A stretch of DNA of 63,616 nt, the filler included, from Reclinomonas americana ATCC 50394 (taxonomy: Eukaryota): the NCBI GenBank assembly GCA_048213135.1. It is 7 parts of 3 records of this genome, joined end to end, with 100 filler letters (N's around TTAATTAATTAA, not from the genome) between each part and the next. Parts side by side here need not be neighbours in the genome. Positions count along the whole stretch, not along the records: positions 7,527 to 29,493 come from PS015110.1; positions 29,594 to 40,515 come from PS015110.1; positions 40,616 to 44,113 come from PS015110.1; 4 more parts are not named here. One strand, written 5' to 3'. The position numbers and the translations under genes are program-made. The notes beneath the pieces were generated by a model. It had not been told where the DNA came from and made no database searches. It saw nothing but the letters and a program-made list of their open reading frames with translations. Below, piece after piece: positions 24,992 through 42,179 of the stretch (the stretch's first letter is position 1; the number at the start of each line of letters is the position of its first letter).

Positions 24992-25784
24992 GTTGCGTGC
25001 GTGATGAGATGCAGTGCAGCAGTCGGGTTGGTTCGACAGATGATGATTTGTCACGCGCCGGTATTGGTGAATACCGGTGTCGAGCTCGAGGGAAGGCGAG
25101 GCTATGCTTGTCGAGTGTAGGAGACACGCCGTCTTGAGGGGGGTGCAAGAAGGAAGTCGAATTCGACACTGCAGATGCTTCAGCGGCAGCTACACGTGCA
25201 TGTGAGAGTACGGGTCGGATCTTGAGCGAAACGTGGTTGCGACTGCACGGTGTTTGCCTGCGCCGCATTCCGAAAAGTAAACGCTGCTTCGTTCATGCAG
25301 CTTCAGGTCCAGCTCAAGCGCCGGCTTCTCCTTTCGCAGCTCCCTGTTGCCTGCGGACCCGAGCGCAGGCCACGCAATTCCACGGGAATTCAACATGTCG
25401 GTTTTGTTTGATTTCTTTGTCCAGTCGGCGCGGAATTCCTGACAACNNNNNNNNNNNNNNNNNNNNGCAGCAAACCCTCGCGGACCCTGCCGGAACCGAA
25501 GTTCGAATTCTTGTCGGTTTCACGAACAGGGCCATGAATTCAAGGACCTGATGCTTCCTCTGCTTCCGATTCACTTCTTTTTGTCGTAAGAGAGCGCCCT
25601 GCTGGCACATTGCTGTCCCGAGTGGCAGATCACTGCGTTCTTTTCAAATGCAGAAACGTCTGCAGATCTGCATTTGCCATCTCGCTGCGACTTTTTCCCT
25701 CGTTTTTTCCTGTGATGTCTGAGTTTCTGATGCTCACTCAACATGGTGATCATCATGCAGCTGTGTTGCTCTTTGGATTAGTGA

Positions 25785-30304
<4,520 letters not shown>

Positions 30305-30813
30305 AGTGCTGTGGTGTGCAATTAAAGAGCTGCGAAGAACGAAAAAAAGCATGTGAGATGGTGATGGACAGGGACTTGACAAAGAGAGGGGTGTCAGGGA
30401 ACCGGGCACCGTTGGGTGCATCGTAGTAATGCACATCACTTTGTTTCGGATCTCTCACTCGCAGAGAACATGCTGGTGCTGAGATGATGATGGACAACAG
30501 ATCCACAGAGAGTACAACAGAGCACGACCACCTAGATGCAGATATACAAAGGCCACGTATCGCGATGCAGCAGAATACGAACCCTGATAGTCATCGCTAC
30601 TGCATTCCGAGAGCGCCCACAGCGATGTTGTCGAGTGCTCTAAGTGTTTCCGCTTTTTTCTTCTTCCTCGATAAGCACCATCGGTCTCTAAAGCAGGTGA
30701 AATCTCCCCTCGCTCACACCCACTCCCTCACCACGCATGCCATCGTACATCCACGGTAGTATCTTGCACTTTACATCCAGCATCTCCTCCATCACCACCT
30801 TGAAATGCTCGCT

Positions 30814-33800
30814 CTACATGTCTTCGTCCTCGTCCTCCTCCTCCTCGTCCTCCTCCTCCTCCTCCTCCTCCTCCTCCTCCTCCTCCTCCTCCTCCTCCTC
30901 TTCTTGCTCCTCCTCCTCCTCCTCCTCCTCCTCCTCTTCTTGCTCCTCCTCTTTCTTCACCATCTCCATCTTCACCGGTTTCTCGTCACCCACCACTGCA
31001 TCATGCTTGTCAGTGCTCATGATGAAACGACACGCAACAGCAGCAGGTGCATGACGATTGTTGCATTTCGAGCACTCACCAGCACGCGCAATCTCCGCCT
31101 TCGAAAGACAACCGTCTCGAAGCAGACTGGTCAGCAGACCTGGACAGTCGCGGAGCAGATGCATGGCCTGCGTGACGAATGGCAACAAAATATTAGGAGT
31201 GCCTCCCTTCCACAACTTTGCTGATTCCTGCCAGCCGAGAGTACGCAGTGTGAGCAAGCTAACATCAATTCACAGAACCACATATCCTGGATACATGCCC
31301 TGGAGTAGCCACGTTCGTCAATCACAATCAGTGGCCTCTCGACAGCATCCACCAGCGCAACTCCTCGAAAACCGCTCTTCTGATGATCCCGCATATATTG
31401 AACTCAGGTCAGTCACCAGGCACGTATCAATTGATGGTGAAACAGCACAAACACCGACACTCACTTCGATGAAGTTGCTCACGCTCTCCAGCACACCCTC
31501 AACTGACTTGGGCGTCCTGTCGCGTGCAGACTTGGCACCTTTGGCAAGTCTCTTGACAAATGCAGACATGACTGCGGATGAAGGGCTGCCAGGTCCCTCA
31601 GACGGCATGCCGCATTCGTCGCAGGCGAGCTGGAAGAGAAGGCGCTGATAATGACGAACTGTGGATTGCAGTACCACGGATGCCGTCAAGCCAAATGCCT
31701 TCAACAGTATCCTCTTCTTGTTGCAACCCTGTTCGCATGTGCGTTCGTTGGGTGGGAGTGAAAGCCGAGCAGCGAGACACCAACAACACGCAACATGTAG
31801 TCTCACGAGCATCAGTTGCTCGTTGACGCTCAACTTCGCAGGGCCACTCTTCCGGCGCTGCGATTGAGAACCATGCAGTTTCGGAATGCACACATAATTC
31901 GCATCTCACACATAGCAGTGAGGGGCGTACCTTGTGTCTCCTGTTTCCCTTCCCGTCATCGTCCTCATTCTCGCTCCCGTCATCATCATCCGCCTGTTCA
32001 TCGTCCTTCCTCTTCTCCTCTTTCTTCACCATCTCCATCTCCCTCAGAGCTGCACATTGCTTGTAAGCACCTGCTCACACTGTACAGCAATGTGTGTCAC
32101 GCAGCCAAACCTCGTTCACTGCACCACTCGACAGCACGCTCCATGTCTCCCTCGGAGAGGCAACCGTCTCGAAGCAAGGTGACCAGCAGGCCTGGACAGT
32201 GGCGGAGAGCCTGCATCGCCAGTGTGACGAACAGCAGAAGGACATTTTGCTTGCCGTATCTCTGCATCAGCTTGGCTGATTCCTGCCACCCGTTCACGAG
32301 AGTACGCATTGTGAGAAAGCTAACATCAATCCACAGAACCACATATCCAGGAGACATGCCTCCGAGTAGCCGTGCTCGTCAATCACAATCAGTGGTCTTT
32401 CGACGGCATCCAGCAGCTCGGCTCCTCGGAGTCCGCTCTTCTGATGATCCCACATATATTGAACTCTCAAGTCAGTCAACAGAACGTCACGATCGGAGGC
32501 GACACAGAATCAGCACACCAAAAACTCACCTCGACGAAGTTGCTCACGCTCTCGAGCACGCCCTCCACTGATTTGGGCGTCGCGCAGCGTGCCATGTTGG
32601 CACTACTGGAAAGACTCTTGCCAAATGCTGACACGACTGCGGAAGATGGACAGCCCGGTCCCTCCGACGGCAGTCCGCATTCGTCACAGGCAAGTTGAAC
32701 GAGAAGGCGCTGATGATGGAGGACTGTGGATTTCAGCACCACAGGTGCCATGAGGCCGAATGCCTTCACCAGTATCTTATTCTTGTTGCAACCCTGTTCG
32801 CATGTGCGTTCGTTGGGTGGGAGTGAAAATCGAGCAGCGAGGCACCAACAACACGCAACATGTTGTCTCGCGAGCATCAGCTGCTCGTTGACGCTCAACT
32901 TCTCAGGGCCACTTTTGTGCCGCTGTGATTGAGATCTTGAGAACCATGCAGTTTGAAATGCACACAACATTCAAGTTTTACAGAAAGTAGAGACGGGCGT
33001 ACCTTGTGTCTCCCACTTCCCTTCCCGTCATCGTCTTCACTCTCGCTGCCAACATCATCATCCGCCTGTTCGCCGTCCTCTCTCTTCTCCTCTTTCTTCA
33101 TCGCCGCCATCTCCCTCACAGCTGTCGTCTCTTTGTCACCACATGCACACAGTGTACAGCAATGTGTGTCACGCAGCCAAACCTCGTGCACTGCACCACT
33201 CGACGGCACGCTCAATATCTGCCTTCGAAAGGGAACCGTCTCGAAGGAGAGCAGCCAGCAGGCCAGCACAGTTGCGAAGAGCTTGCATGGCGTGTGTGAC
33301 GAACGGAAGAAGAGGATTTTGCTTGCCGTTTAGCTTAGCTGATTCCTGTCAGCCGAGAAACGAGAAAGTGAGACAACATCATTGACGCACATCAACGCAC
33401 ACACAGTCCACATGCCTCCGAGTAGCCGCGGTCGTCAATCACAATCACAGGCCTCTCGACAGCATCCACCAACTCAGCTCCTCGAAGACCGCTTTTCTGA
33501 TGATTCCAAATGCACACGATAGAAGGCAGCTCAGTTGCCGTGCACACAGCACAAGCGGATGTGTAAAGACAGATAAACCAAACTTACACGCACCTCAATG
33601 AAGCAGCTCACGCTCGTGAGCACACCCTCCACTGACTTGGGCGTCTTGCTGCGTGCCGTGTTGGCACTATTGGCAAGACTCTTGCCGAGTGCAGACATGA
33701 CAGCGGATGATGGGCAGCCTGGTCCCTTTGAGGGTATTCCGCATTCAGCACAGGCAAGCTGGAAGAGAACACGCTGATGATGGAGGACTGTGGATGGCAT

Positions 33801-36800
33801 GGCCACGGGTGCCATGAGGCCGAATGCCACCACCAGTATCTTCTTCCTGTTGCATTCCTGCTGCCCCGCGTGTGGTGAGTAGGTGGTAGAGAGAAGCTGA
33901 TGGCAGTACCATCGGTGATGCAGAGAATGGAGCAGCACGCAACAAGCAGTTTTGCCAAAATCAGTTGCTCGTTGACACGCAGCTTCGAAGGGCCAACCCT
34001 GCTCCGCTGTGACACGAAAGTTCAGTAACGTTGGGAAGCACAAATCTCTCGCATCTCACTGAAGGATATACCTTGCATTTCCCACTTCGATTCCCGTCGT
34101 CGCCCTCTTGCTCGATAAAATCCTCATCCTGCTCGTCCTCCATCTTCTCCTCCTTCTTCACAATCTCCATCTCTCGCAGAGCTGTTCACTTGCTTGTCAG
34201 CGCTTGTACGCACTGCATCTATCTATCAACCGTCACGTAGCCATACCTCTTCCGCTACACCACTCTGCGGCCCGTGCGATGTCCACCTCGGAAAGAGAAC
34301 CGTCTCGAAGTAGAGTGGTCAGCAGACCTGGGCAGTTGTGGAGAGCATCCACTGCCTGTGTGACGTATGGCAAAGGAATGCTGGGGGTGTGTCTCCTTGG
34401 CAAGCGAGACAACTCCTGCCATCAGAATTCCGGAACACGAGTATGAATTTCAGTATGCACAATGCACACCAAGTATCAGGCAGCCAAACCTCCGAATGAC
34501 CACGTGCATCCACCACAATCAGCGGCCTCTTAATGGCATCCGCCAGAGCAGCGCCACACAGTTCACTCTTCTGCGCAGTGACGCATTTCTTACCGCTGAT
34601 CGTTGATGTGACAGGCGAGATCGATGCTGCTCACCTCGATAAAGTCGCTCATCATCTGAAGAACTCCCTCAACTGACCTGGGCGTCCTAGCACGTGCACC
34701 CTGGACGAAATAGCCGACACTCTTGTTGAATGAACTCATGACCGCCAACGAAAGCCGTCCTCCTTTCGATGTCGAGATGCCACATTCCTTGCATGCGAGT
34801 TCGACGAGAATACGCTGATGATGGTGGACTGTGGACTTCATCACGATCGGCGCCATGATGCCAAACGCCGTCACCAGTATCTTCGCCTTGTTGCAGCACT
34901 GCTCTCGTGTGAACCACACAGGTGGTGCGACGAACACTCAATCAGCCAGACAACTACCAAACAAGGACATGCCTCCAAACACACGTAACAAGGAGCCTTG
35001 CCAGCTTTAGTTGCTCGTCCTTGCTCATAGTCGCAGATCCACTCCCTCGTCGCTATGAGTGCACATCATGAGATGCTGCCAAAGAGTGCATCCACCCCAC
35101 CATCCATGGACGTACCTTGCTCCCGCCACCGTCGCCCATATCTTCATCGTCATCTTCTTCCCAATCAACCCTCGAATCATCCTCTTTCTCCATCTTCATC
35201 TCTTCTTCCTCCACCAGAGCTGCATCTCGCCTGTCAGTCCTAACACAATGCACACAGTACAGTACTACACAACGGATGCCATCAAACCTCTTTCGCTGCA
35301 CCACTCGACTGCGCGTGCAATCTCTGCCTCGGAGAGACAGCCGTGGCAAATCAGCGACGCGTGCAAGCCAGGACACCCACGCAGGGCCTGCGCGGCCTGC
35401 ACAATGAATGGCAGGAGATGGTCGTTTTTCTTCTGCTTCATCTCCATCTTCCATGACTCCTGCAGCACGACGGACATCGTGAACAAAGCAAGTGAGTCGA
35501 CACAACCAAGAAACGCAAGAGCGCACAAAGGAAGGTTGGCTCACCTCCGAATGGCCACGTTCATCCACCACAATCAGTGGTCTCTCAATGGCATAGGCCA
35601 GAGAAGCACAGCGCAGTTCACTCTTCTGCAGAGTTGCACATGCATCGATATTGGCTCACATTCCAGTCGCGCGGAATAGACAGAACAAGACAGATGCTCA
35701 CCTCGATGAATTTGCTCATGCTCTGGAGAACTCCCTCAACGGACTTGGGTGTGTTGGAGCGTGTATTCTTGACGGCCCTGCCAAGACTCTTGCCGAATGA
35801 GTCAATGACTGCGGACGACGGAGAGCCAGCTCCTGACGAAGGGATGCCACACTCCTTGCAGGCGAGTTCAAACAGAACCCGCTGATGATGCAAGACTGCG
35901 GATGTCTTCACAATGGGCGCCATGATGCCGAATGCCGTCACCAGTATCTTCTTTTTGCTGCATCGCTGTTCACACACATGCACAAGCATCAGGTGTTATG
36001 GCACAGCGCATGGAAGAGTGCAATCTGACTTGCTGAGGTGTTGTGGACATAAACACGCAACAAGCAATCTGTCCAGCACCATCTGCTCGTCCTTGCTCAT
36101 GTTAGCATCGAATACATGGCGACCACTCTCGACGCGCTGCAAATGCACGCCCCATACAACATCCACAGTCAACACCTGCCTCACCAACCATCCGCAAACA
36201 TCGGGCATCGCCATACCTTGCTCGGCTTTGTTTCTCCGTCATCGTCACGGCCTGCATCCGCCTGTGAACGCACAAGGCATCAATGGTCGACCAACTCCAC
36301 GCGCCCGCAGCTTTTGTTGCTCGAACCTTGATATCATCGTCTTCGAACTTGACGACAGCACCCTCTCCGTCATTTTCCTCCTCCTTCTTCACCACCATCT
36401 TCAGATCCCCATATTCTGCGTGGTGCTGGTCAACACCAGTGCAAGCAACACCAACAGCGGTATGAGATTGCAGACCTTTTGGATGGCACGACGTGACGGC
36501 ATGTGATATCTCGGCCGCAGTGAGGTGATTGTCTCGAAGCAGAGCAGCCATGAGACCATCACACTCGCGCATCACATACATAGCCTGTTTGACAAATGGC
36601 TGAAGATGATTTTTCTTGTTTTTAAATTTTGTTGGCAACTTCTTCCACGATCCCTGGCACATGCAGCCGAGTGAACGAAGATCAGTCGACATAATCACAA
36701 CAGACACAGAAGATCTGGCAAAGCAAACGCACCTCTGAATACCCACGCTCATCTATCGCAATCAGTGGCCTCTCTACAGCATCCACCAGAGCCGCGCCAC

Positions 36801-39207
36801 TGAGCTGGCTCATCTGCAGATTGCAAATTCTACATATTGGTTCACATGCCACAGCCGTCAAAGGCAAAATGCATGCTCACCTTGATGTAGTTGCTCACTC
36901 GCTGGAGCACACCCTCCACTGATTTGGGCGTTTTGCTGCGCGAATCACTTGCAGTCCAGCCAAGTCTCTTGCCAAACGCACACTTGACTGCAGACGACGA
37001 GCGACCCGGCTCCGACAACGAAATTCCGCAGTCGTCACTGGCAATCTCAAAGAGGACACGCTGATGGTGGACAACTGTGGATAGTCGGACAAAGGGTGCC
37101 ATGAGGCCGAATGCCTTCACCATAATCCTCTTCCGATTGCATCGCTGTGAGTGACAGGAGAAGAATGGTGAGGGCATCGAGGAGAGAGTAAGGTGGGCTG
37201 CAATGATGAAAGAGAGCATGCACACGCAACAAGCAGCTTGTTCAGCAGCAGCTTCTCGTCTGTGCTCAACTCCTCGGGCTCTTCCGCGGTCCGAGTCTTG
37301 CCGCGCTGTTCATCAACAACAAGACTGATTGGCACAAAGACCCCAAATACAGAGATCGATGAACAAGCACATCAATGACAGCGACAGAAATCCAAACCTT
37401 CTTCTTCTGTGGGGGTGCAAGTTCATCGTCGCTGGATGCATCCACCTGCAGAGAGTGAATGAAACATCAGGTGTCGACTGTGATGTACCAGCAGGAGGCA
37501 AAGTGAGACGAATGCCACATCGGAGCTCACCTCCAGAGAACGCTTGCGGACCGATGTCTCAACTGAGTCACGTGCAGGCATGCCCTCGCTGTGATCCACC
37601 AGAGACGAGTCGACTCGCCGCCTCCTCGCGTGTTGCTGTGCAATCACGCCAAGAGAGAGACTCAATGAGAGACGCGCTCATCTCGGAATGACACACAATC
37701 ACCGTACCTCGACGACGCCTTCCATCGCTGTGTGTTCCATGTGCTCCTGGTGAGCAGCTGTGTGCATGCACCACCAAGGTGAGACATCTCATGACGCGAG
37801 AACATCAAAGACAGCAAGAAAAGAGAGAGAGAGACGCACCCTGCTCAGTGCGATTCTCCGTGTCACTTCTCGCAGCGGCAATGGCAGCTGTGCTCTCGTC
37901 GGCGTGCTTCTTCTCCTTCTTGTCCTTCAAGAAGCCAGCTGGTTCTGCAACAGGGAATGAAACGACGACAATTCATGATGAACAAGAAGAAGAAGAAGAT
38001 GAAGAAGAACAAGAAGAAGAAGAAGAAGAAGAAGGAGAAGAAGGAGAAGAAGGAGAAAGAGAAGAAGAACAAGAAGAAAAAGAAGAAAAAGAAAAAGAAG
38101 AAAAAGAAGAAAAAGAAGAAAAAAAGGGAGAAGAACAAGAAGAACAAGAACAAGAAGAAGAAGAAGAAAAAGAAGAAGAACAAGAAGATGAAGAAGACAG
38201 AGGAAGAAGAAGAAGAAGAAGAAGAAGAAGAAGAAGAAGAAGAAGAAGAAGAAGAAGAAAAAGNNNNNNNNNNNNNNNNNNNNNNNNNNNNNNNNNNNNN
38301 NNNNNNNNNNNNNNNNNNNNNNNNNNNNNNNNNNNNNNNNNNNNNNNNNNNNNNNNNNNNNNNNNNNNNNNNNNNNNNNNNNNNNNNNNNNNNNNNNNNN
38401 NNNNNNNNNNNNNNNNNNNNNNNNNNNNNNNNNNNNNNNNNNNNNNNNNNNNNNNNNNNNNNNNNNNNNNNNNNNNNNNNNNNNNNNNNNNNNNNNNNNN
38501 NNNNNNNNNNNNNNNNNNNNNNNNNNNNNNNNNNNNNNNNNNNNNNNNNNNNNNNNNNNNNNNNNNNNNNNNNNNNNNNNNNNNNNNNNNNNNNNNNNNN
38601 NNNNNNNNNNNNNNNNNNNNNNNNNNNNNNNNNNNNNNNNNNNNNNNNNNNNNNNNNNNNNNNNNNNNNNNNNNNNNNNNNNNNNNNNNNNNNNNNNNNN
38701 NNNNNNNNNNNNNNNNNNNNNNNNNNNNNNNNNNNNNNNNNNNNNNNNNNNNNNNNNNNNNNNNNNNNNNNNNNNNNNNNNNNNNNNNNNNNNNNNNNNN
38801 NNNNNNNNNNNNNNNNNNNNNNNNNNNNNNNNNNNNNNNNNNNNNNNNNNNNNNNNNNNNNNNNNNNNNNNNNNNNNNNNNNNNNNNNNNNNNNNNNNNN
38901 NNNNNNNNNNNNNNNNNNNNNNNNNNNNNNNNNNGATCGGAGGCACACCACGATGAGCAGACGACCCAGACGCGCTCTTCTTCTTCTTCTCATCATCATC
39001 ATCGTTGATGCTGCTGAAGGGAGAGGAGGAATGCATCATCGTCCTCATTGGCGTCGTCACATGCTGCTTGCTGTCGACGAGCATCATGTCTGCTTTCTCA
39101 TCGTCGTCGCACGGAGAATATGCAGACATTGGCAGCGAAGGAGTTGTTGTTGTTGTTGTTGAGCGAGGGCGCGGTGGAGGAGGAGGAGGAGGACGGCGAG
39201 AGGCCAT
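30814..39207 (-). CDS. Multi-exon putative nuclear protein with six tandem copies of an unrecognised domain of about 200 aa, joined by acidic/basic linkers
   Basis: Six units of about 1.05-1.1 kb share LSxxEQLxLxxL / CxKKKILVxAFGxMAP / HHQRxLFxLACxECG / TPKSVEGVLxxxSxFIE / DAVERPLIVIDERGYSE / LLRDxxLSxxEIARAV and the same intron positions. Inter-unit splices are in frame. Upstream exons lead to an ATG at 39207 (MASRRPPP...); TAG stop follows poly-Glu at 30814. Confidence 0.75.
37976..38263. repeat. (GAA)n-rich microsatellite; similar tracts at 40335-40420 and 40640-40822
   Basis: Direct reading of GAA and GAAA runs. Confidence 0.9.
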
Positions 39208-39639
39208 TTGAGTGTGTCTTGGTTGTTGTTTCTCGCACACACACACGCGCGCGCTGCGTGATGAAAGAAATGAAAAGAGAAAGCCCTGAAGATTCGTTGA
39301 TCCGAACAGCAAGATGAAAAGTTGACAGGTCGTGATGTAAAGGGAGGAGAAGGAAGAGGCGTGTGGCGGTGAGAAGAAGAGTGGGGAGAGGGGTTTCAGA
39401 GAACAGGGCAACCTTGGGTGTATTGCCACACTGTGATTGTTCTCCATGCATTTTTTCTTTCTTTCACCCCCTCATACTCTCTTTCTCTCTCTCTCCGCTC
39501 ACTCGACAGAGGGCATGCATACGTGCAGCTGCCTGTGGTCATCCACACGAAAACACTCCATTTCTCATCATGATGCACCCCCTGACACCCCGGCAATCAC
39601 CACCACACATCACCAAAACCACTCTCTTTCCACACACAA

Positions 39640-40662
39640 ATGCCCCGCGACTCACCGCTCACTCTCCCCGCCATCTCCAGCCCTCCCTTCCCGCGTGCGC
39701 GCTCTCTCTCGCCCACGCGCTTCTCACCCTCCCCCACTCCCTCTCTCTCCACCTCCACACCCTCCGGCACACTTGCCTCTGTGCTGCGCCACTCACGCGA
39801 CCTTGAACAACAACAAAGCCGCCATGACAACAAGCAGAGTCGACGTCGACTTGACTTTGCCTCGCCTCCTCGCCTGCTCCACGTGAATCCGTTCGACATT
39901 GCCTCGGCGCAATTCGAGACGGAGCGACTGGACGCGCATCGTGAGGCGCTGCAGGCGCAAATGGGCGAGGTGGAGGCGCAGGCGGCGCGAGTACGCGAGC
40001 TGGAGATGCAGTTGAAAGGGCGCATGGCGGGGCGCGAGCGGGAGATGCAGGCGCGGTTGAATGAGGCGGCGTTGTTGCGGTTGAAGTCGAGGCAGACGGA
40101 GATGCAGGTGGTGGATTTGGAGGGCAAGTTGAAGGTGATTGAGGGGGGAAGAGTGGGGAAGAGTGGGGAAGGGGGAAGGGGGAAGGGAAACGAGAGGAAA
40201 GCTGGGAATGAAGAAGTTGAAAGAGAAGAGGAGAAGGAGAAAAGGGTCAACGAGGGTCGGTGTGCTTCTTCTCCTTCTTGTCTCTTAACAAGCCAGCTGG
40301 TTCTGCAACAGGGTGTGAAACGACAATCCATGAGGAAGAAGAAGAAGAAGAACAACAAGAAGAATAAGAACAAGAACAAGAAGAAGAAGAAGAAGAAGAA
40401 GAAGAAGAAGAAGAAGAAGAGACGACGTACGTACTACACGTCGTCGTACGACGACGTACGACGAGACGAACGAGTACGAGACCCTACTACTATACACACT
40501 ATACACTATACCTACNNNNNNNNNNNNNNNNNNNNNNNNNNNNNNNNNNNNNNNNNNNNTTAATTAATTAANNNNNNNNNNNNNNNNNNNNNNNNNNNNN
40601 NNNNNNNNNNNNNNNACGTACGTACGTACGAGACGTAAGACGAAGAAGAAGAAGAAGAAGAA

Positions 40663-40731
<69 letters not shown>

Positions 40732-42145
40732 AGAAGAAGAAGAAGAAGAAGAAGAAGAAGAAGAAGAAGAAGAAGAAGAAGAAGAAGAAGAAGAAGAAGA
40801 AGAAGAAGAAGAAGAAGAAGAAGATTCCAGAAGAGATGGAGAATGGAGCAGAGTTCAGAAGTCAGGAGCAAGAAGAAGGACGGAGAGAAGGAGAAGGGCA
40901 GGAGCAGGGAAATCTACAAGTGACAGAACGGAGAGAAGGACATGAAGTCGGGAGGAAGGAGAGGCGAATGATGGTAGGGGAAGGGAGTGTGCAAGGTTTC
41001 CAGAAGAGAAGAAGATTGGACGCAACAGAGTGCAGGAGTAAGGGGAAGAAGAGAAGTGAGCGTAAAGATGGCGATCTTGAAGAAAGGAGTCTTGAAGAGA
41101 GAAGGAGAAAAGGGCGACGTATGATTGGAGAGGGGAGGGTGCAAGAATTCGAGAAGAAAAGGAGAAGGAACACAGATATGGAGTTTAGGAGCAAGTAGAA
41201 GAAGAGATGCGAGATGAATGTAGGCGACGAGGAAAGAAAGAGGGAAGTGAGAGCACGAGTCTGAAGAGTGAGAACAGAAGGAGATGAAAGAAGTAAGAGG
41301 GACCTAGAAGAGTCCTGTTCTTCGCCCCTTCCTCTCTCTGAGATAGATGCACTCTGTGCGCTTTCACCGCACGACCCTCTTGGTCTTAGTGTCGCCATAC
41401 TGCTTGCTTTTGTGCCCACTGTGTCCTCGCGTTGTTGCCTCGAGTTTTTCGCTTCGCTGCATGTGGATTTATGTTCCCCTCGCATCACTGGTTTGCCACT
41501 TGCTCGTCTTCTCTTTTGCCGGTCTCTTTCGTCTCGGCACTGCAAACCTCGTTGGTTTCCATGTTTCCTGGTTCGTCTGTCTGCCTTCTCCGTTTATTTC
41601 CCCACTATGGCCACTCTGCTCATGACTTCGTTCCTCTTTTCGCCTTCTCTTTTGGCGTCTTGCTTGTCGCTTAAGTATCACTTTTCCTTCTCCCAAACCT
41701 CACTCTTTCCCTTCTCAGAAAACCCAAGCACGCCTCGAGCAAACCATGCGGCGACGACAGGCGATCCTCGAGGCGGCACCCAAGCTGACCAAGTACCGCG
41801 ACCTCTTCTTCGAGTTCCAGGACCTGTACACACGCGACATGCCGGTGGCGGCCGCCTCCAGTGTGTATCCCGAAGCCTTGTTGTCCAGGTTTGTGGAAGG
41901 CAGAGGAAGTGAGAAAGGAGACAGCGAGAGAGAGAGAGAGAGGAGCGTTCAGCACAACTGAAAAAAGAAGAGTGGCTCTCTCTTTTCCTTCCATTCTTGC
42001 TTTCCCTTTTCTTTCTCTCTCTCTCGCACACTCTGTCTTTCTATCTCTCACATACATGCACTCACTCTCACTCCCTTTTCTCTCGCATTCTCCCTCTCGC
42101 GCGCTATCTTTTTCTTTCTCTCTCAGTCTCAGTCTCTCTCAGACA

Positions 42146-42179
<34 letters not shown>

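Noticed and set aside
30700-30816. Open frame continuing after the TAG of the six-repeat gene (SEHFKVVMEEMLDVKCK), suggesting stop-codon reassignment or readthrough
   Set aside because: No in-frame TAG or TAA was seen in conserved exons of CSN2, VPS11, DUS2 or DSD1. It is better explained as a decayed linker remnant.
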